Position numbers and translations under genes: made by a program
The notes under the pieces: model-generated
The model's database searches: none
What the model saw: only the letters and a program-made list of their open reading frames with translations
What the model was told of the DNA's origin: nothing
Assembly: GCA_002269645.1 (NCBI GenBank)
Contig: NIVC01000977.1
Location: 62,001-126,000, forward strand
Reading direction: 5' to 3'
From: Macrostomum lignano
Lineage: Eukaryota
DNA length: 64,000 nt
Shown: positions 15,713 through 29,161 of the stretch, in pieces
Layout: the number at the start of each line of letters is the position of its first letter
How positions within the stretch are numbered: position 1 is the stretch's first letter

Positions 15713-16446
15713 TAATCCTACATGTAGAAGAGTAGTGTTAGCATAGGAATTTGGTTATTCTACGCATATTCTATTATAGAATCTCACGTTATTTGATCTC
15801 GCCTGCCTGTGGCCCATCAGTCACTCACGGGATGCCCATCCGCTAGCCAGAGCAAAATGCAGACATGAAGGATTATCAACTGTACCAACCCCAAGCCGGC
15901 CATCCACAGTGTCTGATTGACAGGTGCAGGCCAACATTTGACACGAACTCTGCGCTGCTATAAATCTGCTCCGCTTTGTGCTGGATGACGGATCCGGGCA
16001 CAAAGCCAGTTTCCATGCCAGACTAAAGAGCGAAGATTTTCTTCTCCTTTTTCTTTAACTGACAGCGCCTTCACAAACCGAGTTTCCCCCCCCCCCCCCC
16101 CGACTCGCTTCTCAGTCGAACTCGGCGCGCAAAAAAAGAGAGTTCGAGCGGAACAGGCAGCCCTCCCACGGTCCCCCAGATACAGCCGGCAGCAGCCAAG
16201 CAGAAGACGATTGCGGGCAAAAAATAATAAAAGAGACTGGCCGCTAGGAGATTCGCCTGAAGCATGCGAAAATGACAGTTGTTGATAGCATGCGGATCTC
16301 GCGATCAAAAGAGAAACAGCGAGGGGGGTTGGCGAGATGCGATTTCGCTGGCTCAAAAGCGGAAAAACACATTTGGGAACAGATTTGTTCAATTAATGGG
16401 ATTTTCTCTTGGAATACATTGTTAATCTGCAGCCAGCATGACCTTA

Positions 16447-17008
16447 AATGGATTGCTAATCTAAAAACTACATGGATTGCTAATCTAGAAACTACATGGA
16501 TTGCTAATCTAGAAACTACATGGATTGCTAATCTAGAGACTACATGGGTTGCTAATCTAGAGACAACATGGATTGCTAATCTAGAAACTACATGGATTGC
16601 TAATATAGAAACTACATGGATTGCTAATCTAGAAACTACATGGATTGCTATCTAGAGACAACATGGATTGCTAATCTAGAGACTAAATGGATTGCTAATC
16701 TAGAAACTACATGGATTGCTAATCTAGAGACTACATGGATAGCTAATCCTAGAGACTACATGGATAGCTAATCTAGAGACAACATGGATTGCTAATCTAG
16801 ACACTAAATGGATTGCAAATTTAGAGACTACATGGATAGCTAATCTAGAGACCACATGGACTGCTAATCTAGAAACTACATGGATTGCAAATCTAAAAAC
16901 TACATGGATTGCTAATCTAGAAACTACATGGATTGCTAATCTAGAAACTACATGGATTGCTAATCTAGAAACTACATAGATACAGTGATATAATAGATTG
17001 CTAATCTA
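16447..17008. repeat. 24-bp minisatellite (TGGATTGCTAATCTAGAAACTACA)n
   Basis: Direct reading; shares the 15-bp core TGGATTGCTAATCTA with the 13.5-kb array. Confidence 0.95.
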
Positions 17009-17689
17009 CTGTATGCATCACGTGACTTACTTGAAAACGCAGAACAACAGAAGATGCTGTTATAAGACCGAGATTAATTGAATCCACAAAGTTCTCCCAC
17101 AGTCTGCTGTCTCAGCAGCAACTTATAAGTTTGATACGCAAAACTGTGCCAGGCAGCCCCAATTTTCATGCCTATATTTGAAATGCGGGCAAGTGCACGG
17201 AGCACAGGTATGCAGGCAAAAATATAATCAACTGCAGCACTGCCAGACCCGAGCAAAGCAGAAGCCAATTAGCGTTGCCTCCTTGGAGCCAGATTTTTTC
17301 TCAAACAATAATTGAACCAAGCTCTCCGGCTCTTGGCTCAGAAAATGCGTGATAGGCCTTCGCACCGCGCCGCAGGTATCAGAGCTTTTAAAACCATTAA
17401 TATTAGCTGAGCAGTTTTTTAAAAATGTTATATTGATATTTTTCGCAGAAGTGTAGCAAAAATATGCTAACGATCAAACAGAGTGAAAAGGCAGCCCCCG
17501 ATCTTTCTCCGTGTTGAAGATTTTTTAGCTTCATTAAATAATATCTTCATAACTCTAGCACAGTCTGAGCGGCCAGCTTGAAGTGCGAAGCAAAACTGAT
17601 ACACAAGTGCAGCTGGGGATGCAGAGAGCAGCACTTCATGTTCGCCTTCTCAAAATGTCAGCAATTCAAATCTTGTCAGTCAGTGCTGA

Positions 17690-18632
17690 CCAGATTCAGA
17701 TTCAGAGATGGCATCTTGTCAGATTCAAAGATGACATCTTGTCAGATTCAGAGATGACATCTTGTCAGATTCAAAGATGACATCTTGTCAGATTCAGAGA
17801 TGACATCTTGTCAGATTCAGAGATGACATCTTGTCAGATTCAAAGATGACATCTTGTCAGATTCAGAGATGACATCTTGTCAGATTCAAAGATGACATCT
17901 TGTCAGATTCAAAGATGACATATTGTCAGATTCAGAGATGACATCTTGTCAGATTCAGAGATGACATCTTGTCAGATTCAGAGATGACATCTTGTCGGAT
18001 TCAGAGATGACATCTTGTCAGATTCAGAGATGACATCTTGTCAGATTCAGAGATGACATCTTGTCAGTCAGCGCTGATCAGATTCAGAGATGAAATCTTG
18101 TCAGATTCAAAGATGACATCTTGTCAGATTCAGAGATGACATCTTGTCAGATTCAGAGATGACATCTTGTCAGATTCAAAGATGACATCTTGTCAGATTC
18201 AGAGATGACATCTTGTCAGATTCAGAGATGACATCTTGTCAGATTCAGAGATGACATCTTGTCAGATTCAGAGATGACATCTTGTCAGATTCAGAGATGA
18301 CATTTTTTCAGATTCAGAAATGACATCTTGTCAGATTCAGAGATGACATCTAGTCAGATTCAGAGATGACATTTTTTCAGATTCAGAAATGACATCTTGT
18401 CAGATTCAGAGATGACATCTAGTCAGATTCAGAGATGACATCTAGTCAGATTCAGAGATGACATCTTGTCAGATTCAGAGATGACATCTTGTCAGATTCA
18501 GAGATGACATCTTGTCAGATTCAAAGATGACATCTTGTCAGATTCAGAGATGACATCTTGTCAGATTCAGAGATGACATTTTTTCAGATTCAGAAATGAC
18601 ATCTTGTCAGATTCAGAGATGACATCTTGTCA
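17690..18632. repeat. 23-bp minisatellite (GATTCAGAGATGACATCTTGTCA)n
   Basis: Direct reading. Confidence 0.97.
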
Positions 18633-18932
18633 GTCAAATAAAGTTGACAGATGGATTACCCGTGACAAAATATGACTGTAGCCGACCGCAATAATGAAGG
18701 CAGAAAACAGCAACAATGGACTTTTTTTATATTTAAACTGAAACTGTCAAAAGCTGACAGTTGATTGTATAGAACCAAAAATCTTTATATTATAAAATCA
18801 TTTGGTTTTGTCATTCGAAAATGAAAGCTCAAATTATTTGAAAATAATATCAATAAAACAAACAAAAATGCAGAATTGAAATTATAGTTGCTGTTTGTGA
18901 CTTGAAGATAAACGGCGCTGCAGAAGCTTCGG

Positions 18933-20327
18933 TCATTTGTGCCTGAGAGCGGCCAAGCGTTGAGTCAGTTCGTCCTGGAAAAAAAGCATATTTCGTACAT
19001 GCAATATATGCTTTAGCTACACTACTTACAGTAGGAGAAAGAATTTTATTTGAAAAAAGCAAAGAAAAGCTATAAAAAACCTGTTCGCTGCTGACGGTGG
19101 AGGTTCCAACAGGAGCGGCTTTGCCGCTATCTGGAAGCTGCTGCCTGAGCTCGATGCCGGCTTCATCAGCCGACTGCTGCATCAGCGAATCGACCTCGGC
19201 CTGCGGTGTCGATAGAGTAAGAGTAGACGCATTAGCCATCGTGTCGTCCATAACTCGCGACTGGACGTCCAGGTGTTCGAATTCGCGTTCGAATTTTTCC
19301 ATCAGCTTGGACATCTGTTCCAGGTTCATGCTGCGCATGGCCGCCTCCATGCCTTTCACTACGCCTGACATGCTGCCCGTGACCTGCGGGGTGTCACGTG
19401 ACAGCGATTGGATGATGGAGCTGACACTGTTTCAGAGTGCCCGACATTTCTGACACCTCCATTCCATGGTGTCTAACATGTCTAACACACCTGATTCCCT
19501 GGTGTCTAACATGTCTAACACACCCTGATTCCATGGTGTCTAACATGTCTAACACACCTGATTCCCTGGTGTCTAACATGTCTAACATACCCTGATTCCA
19601 TGGTGTCTAACATGTCTAACACACCCTGATTCCATGGTGTCTAACATGTCTAACACACCCTGATTCCCTGGTGTCTAACATGTCTAACACACCTGATTCC
19701 CTGGTGTCTAACGCACCCTGATTCCCTGGTGTCTAACACATCCTGATTCCCTGGTGTCTAACACATTCTGGTTCCCTGGTGTCTAACATGTCTAACACAC
19801 CCTGATTCCCTGGTGTCTAGCACACCTGATTCCATGGTGTCTAACATGTCTAACACACCCTGATTATACGGTGTCTAACATACCCTGATTATACGATTTC
19901 TAACACACCGTGATTCTACGGTGTCTAAAACACCCTGATTCTACGGTGTCTAACATATTTAACACCTCGATTCAATATCGTGTAATCTATCATAACGTGT
20001 CCACATCTAACATCTAATTTGATTGTATCCAACAGCATTCTTTAATGATATCTAGATCTTTAATATCTAGCTTGCCTGTTTCGTGGTGATAGCAGTCTGC
20101 ACTCTGCCAGTCACTGCGTCAATCCTGGCGCCCATTCGCCGATAACTAAGCGCCTGATTACGCTGCCTAATAGCATTCTCGGCGTGTATCTGGGCAGCGT
20201 CCATGCTGCCCTTTAGCATAGCGTTGCGCAGTTTGACTCGCTCGGCTGCCTCGCTTCGATCGCACTGCTTAGCGTTGCGTTCCAAATCTTTGGCGGCTAA
20301 TTTCAAATTGAACAGATGCTTGTCCAT
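18933..20327 (-). CDS. CHMP1B: Charged multivesicular body protein 1 (ESCRT-III, CHMP1B/Did2-like), 198 aa, 3 exons: 20327-20076, 19383-19081, 18974-18933
   Basis: MDKHLFNLKLAAKDLERNAK...IHAENAIRQRNQA...VQTAITTKQ|VTGSMSGVVKGM...EQ|DELTQRLAALRHK* follows the CHMP1 family throughout. All junctions are phase 0; intron 1 is GC-AG. CHMP1A versus 1B assignment is tentative. Confidence 0.93.
19455..19960. repeat. ~34-bp minisatellite in CHMP1 intron 1
   Basis: Unit approximately CCTGATTCCATGGTGTCTAACATGTCTAACACAC. Confidence 0.9.
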
Positions 20328-20464
20328 GAATAATTCGCTTCGGGGAGATGGCAGATCAGCTCGCATGCAAAATTATTACTCAGTTTATAAGCTACTGATA
20401 GTAATACCAACGGTTATGTAAATAGACTGTACCTCATTCATCCAGTTGGTGTTTTTCAATTAAC

Positions 20465-21617
20465 TGACAGTGGGACTGACAGTGGAGCTGACGGGGACTG
20501 AAACTGAAGCTGACGGGGACTGACACTGGAGCTGACGGGGACTGACACTGGAGCTGACGGGGACTGACACTGGAGCTGACGGGGACTGACACTGGAGCTG
20601 ACGGGGACTGACACTGGAGCTGACGGGGACTGACACTGGAGCTGACGGGGACTGACACTGGAGCTGACGGGGACTGACACTGGAGCTGACGGGGACTGAC
20701 ACTGGAGCTGACGGGGACTGACACTGGAGCTGACGGGGACTGACACTGGAGCTGACGGGGACTGACACTGGAGCTGACGGGGACTGACACTGGAGCTGAC
20801 GGGGACTGACACTGGAGCTGACGGGGACTGACACTGGAGCTGACGGGGACTGACACTGGAGCTGACGGGGACTGACACTGGAGCTGACGGGGACTGACAC
20901 TGGAGCTGACGGGGACTGACACTGGAGCTGACAGAGATTGACAGTGGAGCTGACAGGGACTGACAGTGGAGCTGACGGGGACTAACACTGGAGCTGACAG
21001 AGATTGACAGTGGAGCTGACAGGGACTGACAGTGGAGCTGACAGGGACTGACAGTGGAGCTGACGGGGACTAACACTGGAGCTGACAGAGATTGACAGTG
21101 GAGCTGACAGGGACTGACAGTGGAGCTGACAGGGACTGACAGTGGAGCTGACGGGGACTAACACTGGAGCTGACAGAGATTGACAGTGGAGCTGACAGGG
21201 ACTGACAGTGGAGCTGACAGGGACTGACAGTGGAGCTGACAGGGACTGACAGTGGAGCTGACGGGGACTAACACTGGAGCTGACAGAGATTGACAGTGGA
21301 GCTGACAGGGACTGACAGTGGAGCTGACAGGGACTGACAGTGGAGCTGACAGTGGAGCTGTCACTAGAGCTGACAGGGACTGACAGTGGAGCTGACGGGG
21401 ACTAACACTGGAGCTGACAGAGATTGACAGTGGAGCTGACAGGGACTGACAGTGGAGCTGACAGGGACTGACAGTGGAGCTGACAGGGACTGACAGTGGA
21501 GCTGACAGTGGAGCTGTCACTAGAGCTGACAGGGACTGACAGTGGAGCTGACACTAGAGCTGACAGGGACTGACAGTGGAGCTGACATTAGAGCTGACAG
21601 GGACTGACAGTGGAGCT
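20465..21617. repeat. 22-bp minisatellite (GAGCTGACGGGGACTGACACTG)n between SNRNP70 and CHMP1
   Basis: Direct reading; higher-order variants in the right half. Confidence 0.97.
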
Positions 21618-22244
21618 AAGGGGGACTTCGAGCCCTCTTAACCATCAGTGGAGGCGGCAGTTGGCGGCTGTGGGGGTTTGAACAAGACCACACAACAGAC
21701 CAATTACAATGAATTAAAAGAACAAAGTCAAAGGCGCACACTCACACACGCACAATGAGAGAAATTATTTATCAGAGCGCAACGACAGGGCGGGTGAAAC
21801 CAGTTAGAACTGGACACTGGAGAAAATAATAATATTTAAACCAGCATCATATTAATAGGTATTATGATTATTGTTTTAATTATTAAAAGCGCAATCAGGT
21901 CATATTAGATAACTGCAGAATGGGTATTCTTTCTTGAATTGCGGGCTGGTTGAAGAGTGGCAGTCGGATAACTGCTTATTAAAAATGACGTTTTTACCTA
22001 ATTTTTTACAAGCTCTCTAACAGTCGGTTAAACTAGGGGGGATACTACTGAACTGTACGAGTAAGTAGTTGAAAAGCATTTTTTCTTATGCTGGAATCCA
22101 ACGTTTTTTTTCAATTATTTACTACGGCCAAAAACACTAACCAAACAGAAACAGACTGATAGAAAACGCAGACAAAGTGAATAATTATGAATTGCCTACA
22201 ATTAGTAAATTATGTAATAATCAATAAATTAATGAATGCGCCAA

Positions 22245-24331
22245 TCAATAGTCAAGGCTGGGCGTCGGGTCGCCGTTCCGACGATCGCGAGATCGACTCC
22301 GGCCGTGCCGGTCGGCGTTCCGACCCCGGTGGTGGTCGCGCCTGTCCCTGTCTCGGTCCCTGTCCCGGTTCCTGTCGCGATCCCGGTTGCGGTCCCGATC
22401 TCGGTCTCTGTCCCGGTCTCGACCGCCACCGCGGGATCTGGACCGTCTGGCGCCGCGATCCCGGTCCCGGTCCCGATCGCGGTCCCGGGATCGATCCCGG
22501 CCGGAGCGGGCATTCTGCTCGGGCGGTCCGCGCCGAGTCGAACCCAGGCCGCCACCGAGACGGCGAGGGCGCCAATTTTTAATTGTTCTGGCGCGCTCAG
22601 CGTCGACTAGGACGCGGCGACCGTCGATTTTCTTGCCTTCGGCGTGCTTATAGGCCGTGTGCATGTCGCGGTCGTGCTCGTACTCGATGAAGGCGTAGCC
22701 GCGAGGCCGCCCTGAGAGCGTAGAATGGTGGGGATCAGCTGGGGGTCTCTGTGATATCCCATCTCAATCACTGAGCCATGGTCTCTGTGATATCCCATCT
22801 CAATCACTGAGCCATGGTCTCTGTGATATCCCATCTCAATCACTGAGCCATGGTCTCTGTGATATCCCATCTCAATCACTGAGCCATGGTCTCTGTGATA
22901 TCCCATCTCAATCACTGAGCCATGGTCTCTGTGATATCCCATCTCAATCACTGAGCCATGGTCTCTGTGATATCCCATCTCAATCCTGAGCCATGGTCTC
23001 TGTGATATCCCATCTCAATCACCGAGCCATGGTCTCTGTGATATCCCATCTCAATCACTGAGCTATGGGTCTCACTGTTATCTCAGTCACTGAGCCATGG
23101 GTCTCACTGTTATCTCAGTCACCGAGCTATGGGTCTCACTGTTATTTTAGTCACTAAGCTATGGGTCTCACTGTTATTTTAGTCACTAAGCTATGGGTCT
23201 CACTGTTATTTTAGTCACTAAGCTATGGGTCTCACTGTTATCTCAATCACCGAGCTATGGGTCTCACTGTTATCTCAATCACTGAGCCATGGTCTCACTG
23301 TTATCTCAATCTCAATGATATTCCAATCACTGACTCTTGGATCTTAAATCTCATATTTTAGCCTTGGGAGCAAAAAAACAACCCCAAAACTCACCATTTC
23401 GCTTATCATGCACGATTCGGACAGTTCTAATTGGACCATAGGTCTCGAACTCGCGACGCAGCTTAGCCTCAGTGGTGTCGTAATCAATTCTAGCAACGAA
23501 TAGCGTATTAAACGGATCGCTAGTGGCGTTGGGATTATCGTGCGGATCCCACATGGCCAGGTCCTGAAATTGATTTGTATGCGGATTTTGTAGCAGTTTT
23601 ACTACTAATAGTAGAAAAAAAACATTTGACAGACAATAATGATAATAATTATAATTGATTGCACCTTGCCCTAATTGGGCCAGATGTGCAACCGACAGTT
23701 CAGCCGCAGCTATTGTGAGGCGCATCTGAAGGCTGCGTACGGCTGTTCAGTCGAAGGACTGGGGGGGGGTCGCTACACACACCTTTAATTACCCCAGCTA
23801 ATGCTGGCACCCATTTTACAGCTTGGGTGAACTGAAGCAATGCAGAGTTGCCTGTCTTGCTCAAGGACACAAATTTTTCCGAGTGAGTCGAGAATCGAAC
23901 CCCCGACCTTTCAGTCTGAGAAAGGTCAGACTGAAGTAATTGCAGTATTTTTGCAGAGTGCACTTCAACCAGAGTTATAATATTAAGCGTTAGAATCGAC
24001 ATTCTGGGGAGAGTCCGCATTAGTTAAAGGTAAATTTAAAATTCAATAGAAAACGCCAGTAATAAACTTATTAATAATTGCTCACCTGCTCAAGTTTATA
24101 AGCCGCCTGCTCCTGGCGCTCTTTATTGCGGCGTTCGCGTCTTTCATCGCGACTCTCAACTTTAGCAACCACCGGCGTATCCTTGGGATTTTCGAATTCG
24201 CCAAGGAACTGGGCAACGCCAGTGTAGGGCAGGGTTCGGTAATGCTGCGGCCGGTCCAATGGTGGCAGGTAGTTCAGCGGATCGCGAGGAGCAAACAGGG
24301 CCAGCAGGTTAGGCGGCAGGTATTGCGTCAT
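22245..24331 (-). CDS. SNRNP70: U1 snRNP 70 kDa protein, 293 aa, 3 exons: 24331-24086, 23563-23395, 22711-22245
   Basis: [19 protein letters not shown]-terminus; [35 protein letters not shown] and [13 protein letters not shown] motifs; [30 protein letters not shown]; RD/RS tail. GT-AG junctions with consistent phases. Confidence 0.97.
22745..23330. repeat. 36-bp minisatellite grading into a related shorter unit, SNRNP70 intron 2
   Basis: Unit GTCTCTGTGATATCCCATCTCAATCACTGAGCCATG. Confidence 0.93.
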
Positions 24332-26874
24332 ACTAACAGTGCCGTGTTGAGTCTCAGAATGATTCCGATTTAGAAGACCGACTGCCACTTACCAGGCAAG
24401 GCAACAGTGCCGGGTGTCTCACCGAGAGTCCCTTCCGACTGTCTTACTTATCTTAACTTGGCCTACGGTCGGGCAGATTTTGTAAAAAGCTAATTGTATA
24501 CGCTTTTTTACCTTTGTTCTGCTGCACCTGTACTTACCTGTAAGTTGAATTGTTGGGGGTGACAGAGGGACCATAGGGCAGGATTAAGCTGGCTTTAGTG
24601 CTGCTCCTTCAACCGAATATTATCTTAGTTGGACAAAAATGGCATCTGCTATGCACACATAGGAATACAAGCTACAAATGAAGCCCATATATGAGGGTCA
24701 TTCTTGATAAAGTCCTTGGTATGGATTTCTAACTCTTGACAAGGTAAAGGCACTAAAATGTTATCTAAAATATTCTTTGAACTTTATAGTTCGTGACAGT
24801 ATTTACCTAGTTAAGAGTTAAAAATCAAAATAAAAGACTTTTGGAATGCCCCTCATAGTTACTTACATTTAGATTCCATATTTGGAAAAGGCAATATTCC
24901 ATAATGTCCTACCATTTTAACTGATCGCATACTTAAAAATTGATTGTTATTAACAATTGCATAGCAAGCCCAGATCTACTTACCTACTTACCATATATAT
25001 TCATTAGTTAATACTTACTACCCAAGTTTAACAATGATCAATTTGAATAACAACATAATATATTAAACAGAAATTGTTTACTAATATATGATACATTATT
25101 TTCTGATGACTGATAGATTTCACATATACCTATTATCAAATTTTGACTATTACCATTTACTATTTTTGTGCTTAAGGGTACATATATTGATGACTTATTA
25201 TTCATGCACTAAAAGTTATCCTTTATTGAGCTTCATGTTTAAAATCTAAAAGGACCTATTAACTAAAGAATCTGATGTTCAATAAGTTCTGGAAAGTTGT
25301 ATTTAAATCATCTTTAGTTCTTAAAAAAACTTGCTTAAAAACTTTCATAAATTAAAACTTAATAGACAGATTTCTATTTACTAAAACTAACTTGTATTTA
25401 TAATAATTTATATTTACTACTATGCTGTCTACTTACCACATTGACCAATACTTACCTACCCTTCTATGACTTACCAAATTCTAAATTTCAGAAAAATATC
25501 AGCCATCTTGGTTTGCCTAAAATGAATAAAATAAAATATTAATATTAGTCTTTGACTAAAAAATTCAACTATTAGCTATTGTCAATCTGAAAAACTCTAA
25601 AATACTTCAAATTTAAAATAAAAAACCTTTATAATATTGCAAGAAAAGTATATACACATTGATATTAATTTCTCAATTAAATTGTTGCTTTATTTATTCA
25701 AGCATTAATAAATTATACTATATAATTATTTAATTGTATCATATCAATAGAACTCACTAGTTTAAGTATGTCATTGTTTTAGTAAATTAAAACATATATA
25801 GGTATAGTAAATTTTAAAATAAAATTTTTAAAGGGTCAAATATACTAGTTTTATATTTTAAGCAAAATAGATAGGTAAAATAAATATGTTTTAAGTATAA
25901 TAAATATATATCTAAATATAAATATAGTAAATATATCTAAATATTAATTATAGATAAAAAGAAATTAAATTAAAAACTTAAACTTTAATCTCTAGGTATT
26001 ACATTTACCTGATCTTTTAATTTCAAAGGTTGTACATCCTAATTTATAGATATAATGATCAAAGTTGATTTTGATCAACTTGAATTTCATCAAGTGGATT
26101 GATAAAATTTATTAGCAATATTGCTATTAAATAAATTGAATAAAATTCAAAGATAAACTGTTTTTACTTTATATTTGCTTTTTCAACATAATAGCATTGC
26201 AATTGCTTTATTTTTTGTTTGCCTTTTGCATACATATTGGCAACACAAGGTCCTTAATAAAGTCTATTTACCCTAGAACTAAATTAGATTTTGTATCCTA
26301 GACTATAAAAAACCTTCTACAAAATAAAGACTTATCATTAAAACAACCTGCACCTAAAGGAAAACAAAATATAGAAATCAAATAAATGCAAAATACAATT
26401 GCCCAAAGCCTAAAAGTTTTGATATCTTGCTACTAGTCTATAACTACAATGCAAGTATAATAGATTTATTTTGCAAAAAAGAAAAGCTTATTATTGTCAT
26501 TAAAAAGATTAGCATCTTAGCCAAAGGTCTTAAGTCATATTTTTATAGACTATACCAAAGGGAAACTGGTTGCTTCAGTGACAGACTATGATTATTATCA
26601 CAACTATTAGATATACTATAAAATAATATACTTACTGTAGTCTAAATGGTGGCAGTTTGGTAATAGTCATTTTGGGGTCATCAATTTTATTAGAGCCCAA
26701 CAATTTACTTTGGACTTGATGCCAAATAGAGCATTGAGCATTTGATTGAGTTTTAATTTGCATTTTAAAGGTTAAATTTGAATTTATCGATACTTTGACC
26801 AAAATATTAAACTTTGTTTTGGCGATAATCATTTCAATGACAAGTAAATCACTTTGGTAATAAAAAACCCTTTA

Positions 26875-27329
26875 GGCCATAGTCTGGATCATGCTGGGTA
26901 CATGCCCAAAAAAAGTGAATAATTACAAATGCATACCAAAAAAATTAATGCATGCCTATTTTTAAAATATGCTAGTATTATAACAATAATTGACCTTTTG
27001 TGAATTGTATAATAGACCCTTATTAGCAGATAATTTGGTTCATTTTTATGCTTTTTGGTGGCATTATTTATGGCTGAAATTGATATACATAACAATTTAT
27101 ACTTAAAGAAACTAGAAAGCTTGAAATATATACTTACAAATTAACTTTATTCATTTTTTTCTACTTCAAAATAACTCTTATGCATGCTTCTATAAAGTGC
27201 ATACTAGGTGTACATGCATACTATTTTTTTAGGAGTGATGCATGCCAACTATGCACATATATTTTTAGTATGCAAGGCCAATGCATGCCTAAATTTTTGG
27301 GTATATACCATATGATCTAGAGTGTAGCC
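26875..27329. mobile_element. Decayed MITE-like element
   Basis: Left end GGCCATAGTCTGGATCAT versus reverse complement of right end GGCTACACTCTAGATCAT (14/18), with similarity continuing to CCCAAAAA. TTTA lies directly on both sides. Confidence 0.55.
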
Positions 27330-28505
27330 TTTAGATGATAGCTATTGTATTTTTAAGCATAAAATTAGATTATCAATCTTAATTAAATGAAGCCTAAAAT
27401 TTCAGATTGCTAACATGATAAAATAGATTTGTTTAATTTTGTTTATATACTTTTAATTTAAAAGTTGCAATCCTTTACATTTTTTGAACCCTTTTGAAAC
27501 CTTACTTTTTTTGTGGTAGGCATTTTATTATGAGGATCCTTATAAACATAGAGAGAGCCTCTAATCTAGGTTTACCTTATAGAATATTCTATAAAAAATA
27601 TAAAATAATTTGCACAAAAATGAAATGATATATTATTAGTTTTAATTTTTCTTTAAAATTTTCATATTTTGACAGAATTTTGAAGATATATACAAAACAA
27701 AAATCTTAACAAAAATAATTACTAACTAACATTATTATATTATGAAGCACCTTATATTAGAGACTCCGGCGAGCTCCGAGTAGCGTGGTTGAAACTAGAA
27801 AAAACGTACATTTAGCACCTACTTCAAACAGAAAACTAAGATAGAAAAAATATGACTGTGTAAAAACTGAAATACACAATAAAAAGCACAATAAATGTAC
27901 TTCAAAATGAGTGCTCAAACAGCTTCTAAAGTCGATCAGAGACAAAGTTATGGACAGTTAAAGTTTCATCATTTTTGCATTCCCATGCAAAATGAAGCCT
28001 ATTTTACGGTAAAAATCGTGACTTTGGAAAGTCTAATTTTTAATAACGAAATGACCGTTTTAAACAAAAATAATCAATATAAAAGCAATCTAGGCATAAT
28101 TAAGTATCATTTTATGTAAATTTCAGAAGAAAAAAATATTCCCTGTTGCCTACAGGGGTAGTCCAAATTTTTTTCTTCGATTTCTTTGTATCATCCGATT
28201 GCTGCACGGAATTCAAATGTAAATTTCTTTATTCTTTGTTGCAAGTGGAAGGACATGCAGAAAACCGTTTGGGATTACCTAGTCGCGCATTGCTACTAAG
28301 TTGATTCAAAGATCATAGTAAAATCAAAGTAAATGTCTATTTAAAATATATTTTTTATTTTTTTTGAGAAAAAAAGAGACGCACAAATACAGTTGATATT
28401 GACTTTCATACATAATTGCATGACAAGTGTGAGGAATGAAAGTTCCTTCTGACAACTGACCGCGCACTTAGAAATATGAGCATCAATATGTTTCAGCGAG
28501 ATTCA

Positions 28506-28531
28506 GGTAAACGGCAGGAGTAACTATGACT
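28506..28531 (+). other. 26-nt fragment of 28S rRNA (H69 region) inside the transposon
   Basis: GGTAAACGGCAGGAGTAACTATGACT versus the conserved 28S sequence GGTAAACGGCGGGAGTAACTATGACT (one mismatch; reference recalled from memory). Confidence 0.8.
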
Positions 28532-29161
28532 TTCAGTGCAAATGCAATTGCATCGTCACCTTATTAGTAGGAAAAATGAACATTTTTAAACTGTATTTTG
28601 TAAGTTAATTGCACTATGAAGTCAATACACACTGTCTTGAAATTCATTTCCATGATAACCATTACAACTGCTGTCTTCAAGATGTGTACTCTTCTATTCT
28701 ATGTACACATTGTACATGGGGGTCATATGAGAGGCTTCCGTTGGAAAGCTGCTGGATATCAGACCCCAGCATAGTGATCCCAACAAGCGACCCCTGGCAT
28801 TCGTCTGGTCAACGATGCAAACTCTCAAAAATGTATGGTATGTATGGTACAGAGTACCGTGGAACTGTTGCAATAGGTTTATGCCTGTGCAATAAAAGCA
28901 GGTAGGTGATTTTTTATATGGCATTGAAAAGCAGCCATTTTGTTTGAATGTCTTCTGACTTATGCAGCTACTGAGTTAGCTAGATTCTTCATTGTAATAA
29001 TGAGTGATTATTTTGGGTGCAAACTCTGAAGACTTAACATGCAAATACTAGCCTAGGTGCTAATCTGTGTGGGAGATAGTACATAATATGAATCTCAGGC
29101 AACTACGTTTTGTGAACAGACCAAGCTGTGCTTGAAAAACTTTGTTAAACAATGAATACAC

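Noticed and set aside
22187-22653. Several overlapping ORFs around the SNRNP70 3' end
   Set aside because: Antisense or alternate-frame shadows of the GC-rich RD/RS-coding exon.
28609-28905. Second convergent ORF (98 aa, Cys-rich) inside the transposon
   Set aside because: Short, no recognisable motif, and no supported partner exon.
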